Assembly: GCA_022601635.1 (NCBI GenBank)
Contig: JAJACG010000004.1
Coordinates: 6,856 to 70,855 of the forward strand
DNA: 64,000 nucleotides
From: Chlamydiales bacterium
GTDB taxonomy: Bacteria; Chlamydiota; Chlamydiia; Chlamydiales; JAAKFR01
Direction of reading: 5' to 3'
Position 1 is the stretch's first letter. Each line of letters starts with the position of its first letter. Positions 58,690-64,000 of the stretch are shown one piece after another. The position numbers and the translations under genes are program-made. Below the pieces are notes generated by a model. That model saw nothing but the letters and a program-made list of their open reading frames with translations, ran no database searches and had not been told where the DNA came from.

Positions 58690-59483
58690 TCTTGGAATGT
58701 CGCCACCTGCGGCTTCTTTGTTAAAATGTTGACCATTTTTTCTTCCACCATAAAGTGTCGAAACGCATATTTTACAATGCGATCCTCAAGGCTGTGAAAG
58801 CTGATGATCGCCAAGCGGCCACCCGGTCTCAACTTTGCTATCGCCTTGGGAATCACCTCTTTCAAAACATCGAGCTCTCCATTGACCTCTATGCGCAACG
58901 CTTGAAAAACGCGTGTCATCGGATGGATCTTGCCACTTCTTTTTAGCGTCTGCTCCAGCGCATGACAAAGATCAAAAGTAGTTTCAAGCCGCTTTTTGCG
59001 CCGCGCCTGCACAATTGCTTTGGCAGCCTGCCGCCAGCGCCTCTCCTCACCATACTCTTGAAAGATGCGTCCCAAGTCGCGCTCGCTGTAGCTGTTAACA
59101 ACAGCAGCCGCATCAATATCAGCTTCTGGATTCATCCGCATATCTAACGGACCGTCGCGCATAAAGCTAAAACCCTTTTCCGCCTTGTCTAGCTGCAAAG
59201 AGCTGACTCCGAGATCGAGCAAAATTCCATCAACTTGGCTATCAACTAATTCATCGAGATCACCAAAGGAGCCGTGTAGGCCAATGAGGCGATCACCCAG
59301 CCGCTGCTTCGCCAAAGCGAGAGCTTCAGGATCCTTGTCGATCCCAAAATAGCTCTTTAACTCGGGGTGCTGCTCCAAGATCGCCTCTGCATGCCCCCCA
59401 AGTCCGAGCGTTCCATCCAGAAAGCTCTCCATCGGGATGGCAAAAAACGATATAATCTCTTCCAGTAAGACACTCTTGTGCAT
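58632..59483 (-). CDS. rsmH: 16S rRNA (cytosine1402-N4)-methyltransferase RsmH/MraW
   Basis: From ATG 59483: MHKSVLLEEI...DGTLGLGGHAEAIL...GIDKDPEA...LDLGVSSLQLD...SFHSLEDRIVK. Confidence 0.9.
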   Translation of the reverse strand: MHKSVLLEEIISFFAIPMESFLDGTLGLGGHAEAILEQHPELKSYFGIDKDPEALALAKQRLGDRLIGLHGSFGDLDELVDSQVDGILLDLGVSSLQLDKAEKGFSFMRDGPLDMRMNPEADIDAAAVVNSYSERDLGRIFQEYGEERRWRQAAKAIVQARRKKRLETTFDLCHALEQTLKRSGKIHPMTRVFQALRIEVNGELDVLKEVIPKAIAKLRPGGRLAIISFHSLEDRIVKYAFRHFMVEEKMVNILTKKPQVATFQECRKNPRARSAKLRVLEKL

Positions 59484-59832
59484 GGCACCCATTATAGACA
59501 TGTAGAAGCAGCTTGTCACTATATCGTTTATATATAAGAGCAAGCTGCTCCTTATCTCCGATCAAGTAGACGTTTTCAGCCTTACCAACCAAAGAGTTAA
59601 GGTTAAATTTTCCCTTTCCCTTGACCAATGGAAGTGTCACGCCAGCAGCAGCGCCTTGGCCAAGTAGAATAAGGCTCACCCCTGCTGAAACACTAGCTGG
59701 GATCATCGAAAGTCGTGAATTTAGAACACCTTGAGCTCGAATGATACTCAAAATACCAACAAGGGTGAGTGAGAAGCTACAGACAAGTGCTGTGGAAACT
59801 GTGATTGGATGTCGAACAGAGAGTAGGGGCAT
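59326..59832 (-). CDS. hypothetical membrane protein (N-terminal two hydrophobic segments)
   Basis: 168-aa ORF. Its last ~52 codons overlap the rsmH 5' end in another frame, so the true 3' end and functional status are uncertain. Confidence 0.35.
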   Translation of the reverse strand: MPLLSVRHPITVSTALVCSFSLTLVGILSIIRAQGVLNSRLSMIPASVSAGVSLILLGQGAAAGVTLPLVKGKGKFNLNSLVGKAENVYLIGDKEQLALIYKRYSDKLLLHVYNGCHAQECLTGRDYIVFCHPDGELSGWNARTWGACRGDLGAAPRVKELFWDRQGS

Positions 59833-59911
59833 GCAACTATTATATTGATATAGATTTAATATTGAAGCAAATACCGTCAGACACTTGTCACTTTTCTCTC
59901 TGAGTGATAAG

Positions 59912-60358
59912 ATGGTGGGTATGGCTGAATCGTGGAATGTAGACCCGGCTGCACATGACTTCTATGCACAAGGTGTGCGGCAGCTGCAAGAGTTTGAACA
60001 GACTCTCAAGCCGCCCAAAGATAGTGGAACTGTTGCGCACCATACTACAGTTTTACAGCTGCAGCCGGAGGTGCCGCATGTTGTACGCCTTATGCGGCAG
60101 GACCATCGTAAGAGCTGGGCTGACTTCGCTTACCCAACCAACTACTTCTCTTGGCGCTACCAAAGTTCCTACTTTCTTGGCTCTAACGACAAAATTGCAG
60201 CCGATCGTGAGCGCGTGATCGCACACAATGAGCAGAATCAAGGCTATGGTGACAGCCATGAGGGTGAGACAATTGCCAACTTCCTCACAAAAGTGACCAA
60301 CTATAACGATCTTGTGAGCGACGTAATGGCGCGCATCAAGCAGTTCTTACAGGGGTAG
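59912..60358 (+). CDS. hypothetical protein
   Basis: The track ORF starts at TTG 59885; the first ATG is at 59912. No motif recognised. Confidence 0.45.
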   Translation: MVGMAESWNVDPAAHDFYAQGVRQLQEFEQTLKPPKDSGTVAHHTTVLQLQPEVPHVVRLMRQDHRKSWADFAYPTNYFSWRYQSSYFLGSNDKIAADRERVIAHNEQNQGYGDSHEGETIANFLTKVTNYNDLVSDVMARIKQFLQG

Positions 60359-60360
60359 TT

Positions 60361-60753
60361 TTGGCATCAAATAAATGGACAGAGCTTCTAGGTTGGGGCA
60401 GCGAACGCATCGAGGAGATCCGCTTCTTTGGCTTCTCCATTCTAAGAGAGGGAAAGTATGAGGATGCAAAACTCTTCTTCGAAGTGCTCCTTATATTGGA
60501 TGACTCCCCATTTGACCGCCAAACGCTCGGCGCGATCCACCTACAGATGAATGAAAATGAGCAGGCAATCGAGCAGCTTGACCTTGCATTAGAAAAAGAG
60601 CCAGGCCATGAGCCGACCCTTTTGAACAAAGCAAAAGCGCTTTTTGCCTCAGATCGACCCAGTGAAGCACTCGCAATTGTCCAAAAACTAACCAAAAGCG
60701 ATAACGAAATACTCGCAAGTGATGCTGAAGCTTTGATCATGGTTCATTCCTAA
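60361..60753 (+). CDS. TPR protein resembling class II type III secretion chaperones (LcrH/SycD-like)
   Basis: TTG start 2 nt after the upstream stop. EEIRFFGFSILREGKYEDAKLFFEVLLILDDSPFDRQTLGAIHLQ resembles the SycD pattern (..YQSGKYEDA...F..L..LD......LG..). Confidence 0.5.
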   Translation: MASNKWTELLGWGSERIEEIRFFGFSILREGKYEDAKLFFEVLLILDDSPFDRQTLGAIHLQMNENEQAIEQLDLALEKEPGHEPTLLNKAKALFASDRPSEALAIVQKLTKSDNEILASDAEALIMVHS

Positions 60754-60754
60754 A

Positions 60755-60987
60755 TTGTTCATAGAACAGCTTTTCTTTGTCAAAAAAATATAAAGCTCAT
60801 CATATTCAGTAACTTATTTGTTCATAAAAAAATTTCTGCAGCAAGGATGCTTATGAACAATCATTTAGCTTGCATTGCATTTACGTTGTTCACAAAATGA
60901 TTGCAGCCATTTTTTCTGCGTGCTAGATTTTCATCTTCAAGCTTCAGAAAGTTGGCTCAGAAGCGAATGTGGAAACGATTGTTCATA
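60755..60987. promoter_or_regulatory. cluster of five DnaA-box-like 9-mers upstream of dnaA (autoregulatory region / candidate oriC)
   Basis: TTGTTCATA at 60755, 60818 and 60979. TTGTTCACA at 60886. An inverted TATGAACAA at 60852. The context is AT-rich. The DnaA-box consensus is TTATNCACA. Confidence 0.5.
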
Positions 60988-61001
60988 AAGGAAAAGAGTA
61001 G

Positions 61002-62345
61002 ATGTTAACGATAGATGCGCGCGATGCCTGGACACAATTTTTGGAATATGTGAAGCAACGCTGTTCTTCGACGGCCTATGAGAATTGGTTGGCACCGATT
61101 GAGGTGATGGAGACTTCTGGTGAGCGTGTCTGTTTGCAGGTGCCCAACATTTTTGTGAAGGCTTACTTATTGGACAACTACAAGAAGGATCTCTGCAGTT
61201 TTGTTCCGGTTACTCCGGAGGGTGAGCCGGCGATTGACTTTGTGATAGCGCAGGCGCCGGAGAAGAAGGAGCGTCAATTTCCTAATAAGAAGCCTGAGCT
61301 TCCGAAAGCACCGGTTAATGAAAAGTATGCGCTCAAGCTCAACCAATATTATCGTTTTGAGAATTTCATTGAGGGTCCATCGAATCAATTTGTGAAGTCG
61401 GCAGCGGTAGGGATTGCCAATCGTCCGGGTCGATCGTATAATCCTCTTTTCATTCATGGTGGTGTTGGATTGGGAAAGACGCATCTTTTGCATGCGATTG
61501 GTCACCATGTGAAGGAGCAGCATAAGCAGCTGCGAGTTCAGTGTATCACGACAGAGGGGTTCATCAATGACTTGGTTGACAGTTTGAGGAACAAGTCTGT
61601 TGATCAGATGAAGCGTTTTTACCGTTCGCTTGATGTACTGCTAGTCGATGATATTCAATTTCTGCAGAACCGCCTCAACTTTGAGGAGGAGTTTTGCAAC
61701 ACATTTGAGAGTTTGATCAATCAGAACAAGCAGATTGTAATCACATCGGATAAGCCTCCTGGTCAGTTGAAGCTTTCGGAGCGGATTGTGGCTAGGATGG
61801 AGTGGGGCTTGGTGGCCCATGTGGGGATTCCCGATTTAGAGACACGCGTCGCGATTTTGCAACATAAAGCAGAACAAAAGGGACTCAAAATCCCCAGTCG
61901 CGTCGCTTTTTACATTGCCGAGCATATCTTCGGCAACGTCCGTCAGTTGGAGGGGGCGATCAATCGTCTCACAGCGCACTGTCGTCTTCTTAACCAGGAG
62001 ATTTCAGAGGAGCTGGTTGAGTCGACATTGAGCGAGCTATTCCAAGTGGTGCCTAAGCAGAAGGTATCTGTTGAGAACATTTTGAAGAGTGTGGCGACTA
62101 TTTTTCAGGTGCGCGTCTCTGATTTGAAGGGCACATCGCGCACGAAGGAGATTGCGTTGGCGCGTCAGGTGGCGATGTACTTGGCCAAGGAGATGATCAA
62201 TGAATCGTTGATGATGATTGGCGCTTCATTTGGCAAGACACACTCAACAATTCTACATGCTTGCAAGACTATTGAAAATAAAGTGAAGAAAGAGGAATCT
62301 TTGAGAAGGCAGATTTCACTCTGCCGCCGCAATATTGATTCATAA
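61002..62345 (+). CDS. dnaA: chromosomal replication initiator DnaA
   Basis: [38 protein letters not shown], and the C-terminal DNA-binding domain [11 protein letters not shown]...[11 protein letters not shown]. Confidence 0.95.
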   Translation: MLTIDARDAWTQFLEYVKQRCSSTAYENWLAPIEVMETSGERVCLQVPNIFVKAYLLDNYKKDLCSFVPVTPEGEPAIDFVIAQAPEKKERQFPNKKPELPKAPVNEKYALKLNQYYRFENFIEGPSNQFVKSAAVGIANRPGRSYNPLFIHGGVGLGKTHLLHAIGHHVKEQHKQLRVQCITTEGFINDLVDSLRNKSVDQMKRFYRSLDVLLVDDIQFLQNRLNFEEEFCNTFESLINQNKQIVITSDKPPGQLKLSERIVARMEWGLVAHVGIPDLETRVAILQHKAEQKGLKIPSRVAFYIAEHIFGNVRQLEGAINRLTAHCRLLNQEISEELVESTLSELFQVVPKQKVSVENILKSVATIFQVRVSDLKGTSRTKEIALARQVAMYLAKEMINESLMMIGASFGKTHSTILHACKTIENKVKKEESLRRQISLCRRNIDS

Positions 62346-62359
62346 CTGGAGACCTCATC

Positions 62360-62884
62360 ATGTTTCGCCGACCTGGAAAAAGCCCCCTCGAAGAAGATCA
62401 GTACAAATATTCAGCTGAGCCACCAAAGAGTGAGGCACCGCCACGTGTCTTTGAGGCGCCGCGTCAGCCTGTGACTACACCTCTTCCGCGTGAAGAGAGT
62501 TGGCCTGAAGAGGATAAAAGCACGCTTCCGCACCACTTCCAAAATGTGATGAATGAGGAAGCTCCTGAGACGACGCTTGGTGAGGGTGTTACCTTTCGTG
62601 GTGAGCTGAGCTTTGAGCGCCTACTGCGCATTGATGGTACATTTGAGGGTGAGCTACTCTCCCAGGGCAAAGTGATTGTGGGACCGAAGGGTGTTGTGAA
62701 GGCTAACCTTGTTTTGCGTGAGGCGGTTGTAGAGGGTGTGATTGAGGGGGATGTGACTGTTCAGGAGAAGCTGGAGCTGCGTGGCGAGGCATCTGTGAAG
62801 GGTGACATTCAAGCAAAGACGATCTGTGTTGATGAAGGAGTCACACTAGAGGGTCTCATCAAGGTGGGCGGCACACCCGAATAA
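62360..62884 (+). CDS. bactofilin
   Basis: Pro-rich N-terminus followed by the beta-helical bactofilin repeat (FRGELSFERLLRIDGTFEGELLSQGKVIVGPKGVVKANLVLREAVVEGVIEGDV...). Confidence 0.85.
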   Translation: MFRRPGKSPLEEDQYKYSAEPPKSEAPPRVFEAPRQPVTTPLPREESWPEEDKSTLPHHFQNVMNEEAPETTLGEGVTFRGELSFERLLRIDGTFEGELLSQGKVIVGPKGVVKANLVLREAVVEGVIEGDVTVQEKLELRGEASVKGDIQAKTICVDEGVTLEGLIKVGGTPE

Positions 62885-62889
62885 ATCAG

Positions 62890-63678
62890 CTATCTAGAGG
62901 AATATCTTTCGAGGGTTTGCAGAACAAATCTGTCACCCTCGAAAATCTTTTCAATTTCTAGCACCTCTTTACTATAGGCATCTACCAGACTTTCTACCTC
63001 TGACGAGTTGGGCACACCGCGAAAAGCCACTGGAGTGATGATACATCCTGGCGGTCGGTATCCAGCTTTTTCCAGTTCTACCTCCCCTCCATTAACGAGA
63101 TCTCTAAAGGCAGAGGATGAGTCATGCCCAAATCCTAGGAATAGACCAAGCAGCTTCTCATCAAAATGGAGCAATGGACGCAATTTCTTCTTTGTCTTTA
63201 GCTTAGCCAGAAAGTCTGTGGGTACGAATGATTCTCCCAAAACCTCTTCGAAATCGCTCTTATAATCTTCAAGCATACAAGCTGCCGTTTTCTTATTAAT
63301 TACAAACAGTTGTAGATACATACCACCATTGATCGAATCATACTCCTCACAAACAATCAGATCATTTGGCTCGAAGAGGTGGCGATATTTCTCCCAAGCT
63401 CGCCAACTCGAAGCTATTTCACGCTGAAAACGGAGTGGTTCATCATGTTTATACGGCATAACATACCGTTTGTGTGTTAATGGTAGGGAGATCATACAGG
63501 CTGGCTTTGTCTCTTCAAATAGAACAAAGCCCAGCCCCTCTTTCTGCACAAGGTGCTCAAAAAGACGCTCGATCTTTACTTGATCGGGCTGTGGGATTCT
63601 ATTCCACCTACTCTTTATATCTGCAGCATGGAGCGTACAGAATACAAACAAGAGCAATAGGCTAGTAATACGTAACAT
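62890..63678 (-). CDS. hypothetical secreted protein (262 aa)
   Basis: Signal peptide MLRITSLLLLFVFCTLHA. No motif recognised. Confidence 0.5.
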   Translation of the reverse strand: MLRITSLLLLFVFCTLHAADIKSRWNRIPQPDQVKIERLFEHLVQKEGLGFVLFEETKPACMISLPLTHKRYVMPYKHDEPLRFQREIASSWRAWEKYRHLFEPNDLIVCEEYDSINGGMYLQLFVINKKTAACMLEDYKSDFEEVLGESFVPTDFLAKLKTKKKLRPLLHFDEKLLGLFLGFGHDSSSAFRDLVNGGEVELEKAGYRPPGCIITPVAFRGVPNSSEVESLVDAYSKEVLEIEKIFEGDRFVLQTLERYSSR

Positions 63679-63973
63679 CTCTTCTCACACTAGCATCATC
63701 AGGAAAATTGCACCATCGACAAAACTTCCCTGGGACATACCCTCGATGCCTGCAGTTTGGGCAGACATCTGCATTGGGTGTTGGAAAGGCGACAATCTTA
63801 CCATCATTTGCCATATTCAAAGCATCGACAGCTCTCATTTCACCCTCAATATTCACGAATAGGTAACCATTGGTCGTTGTAACCTGATCAGCAGATACCA
63901 CAAAATATTCTGCAAATGCTTGAGTTGTAAATAGCGTCATCAAAAAAAAGAGAGCCATTGCCAATCTTTTCAT
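63662..63973 (-). CDS. hypothetical secreted protein (103 aa) with a CxxC...CxxC motif
   Basis: Signal peptide MKRLAMALFFLMTLFTTQAFA, and CPNCRHRGYVPGKFCRWC. GGAGGT lies upstream of the ATG. Confidence 0.5.
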   Translation of the reverse strand: MKRLAMALFFLMTLFTTQAFAEYFVVSADQVTTTNGYLFVNIEGEMRAVDALNMANDGKIVAFPTPNADVCPNCRHRGYVPGKFCRWCNFPDDASVRRDVTYY

Positions 63974-64000
63974 CTTTTTACCTCCAGAGGTTCAAGTAAA

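Overview
This 64-kb window is a gene-dense chromosomal segment (about 65 CDS, 2 tRNA-Arg genes), most likely from an environmental, Chlamydia-like member of the phylum Chlamydiae. All homology calls were made by eye from motifs, with no database search. No rRNA, CRISPR array, transposase or integrase was seen. Evidence for the phylum: an NTT-type ADP/ATP translocase; a ParA / pGP6-D-like / CT584-like block after thrS; several small proteins with Inc-like bilobed hydrophobic domains; and gene blocks in the order I recall for C. trachomatis (gnd-lepA-ntt-hyp-ytgABCD-dxr-rseP, uvrD-rpoN, amiA-murE-pbp3-ftsL-rsmH, dnaA-bactofilin). Three accessory regions stand out. (1) 5.6-12.8 kb: seven overlapping genes whose families, sizes and partial order match the Campylobacter jejuni O-methyl-phosphoramidate pathway (Cj1415-Cj1419). 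They are followed by two paralogous SULT-fold transferases, the second beginning with an A7-G-A8 tract. I read this as a candidate phosphoramidate (PAPS-analogue) decoration system that I do not know to be described in Chlamydiae. (2) 12.7-22.6 kb, minus strand: a translationally coupled 9-gene respiratory operon. It joins a GltD-like NAD(P)H/FAD/Fe-S oxidoreductase, a Tat-dependent Rieske protein, cytochrome b, a 1091-aa heptahaem cytochrome c, cbb3 CcoN, an insertion-bearing CcoO, two CcoS-like micro-ORFs and a FixP_N-like fragment. (3) A small islet next to tRNA-Arg(CCT) carries a Fic-fold protein with a degenerate active-site motif, preceded by a 20.5-nt periodic repeat array. A 2.1-kb orphan insertion between ntt and lepA contains paired long inverted repeats, and a related ~100-130-nt element recurs at 36.4 and 47.2 kb.
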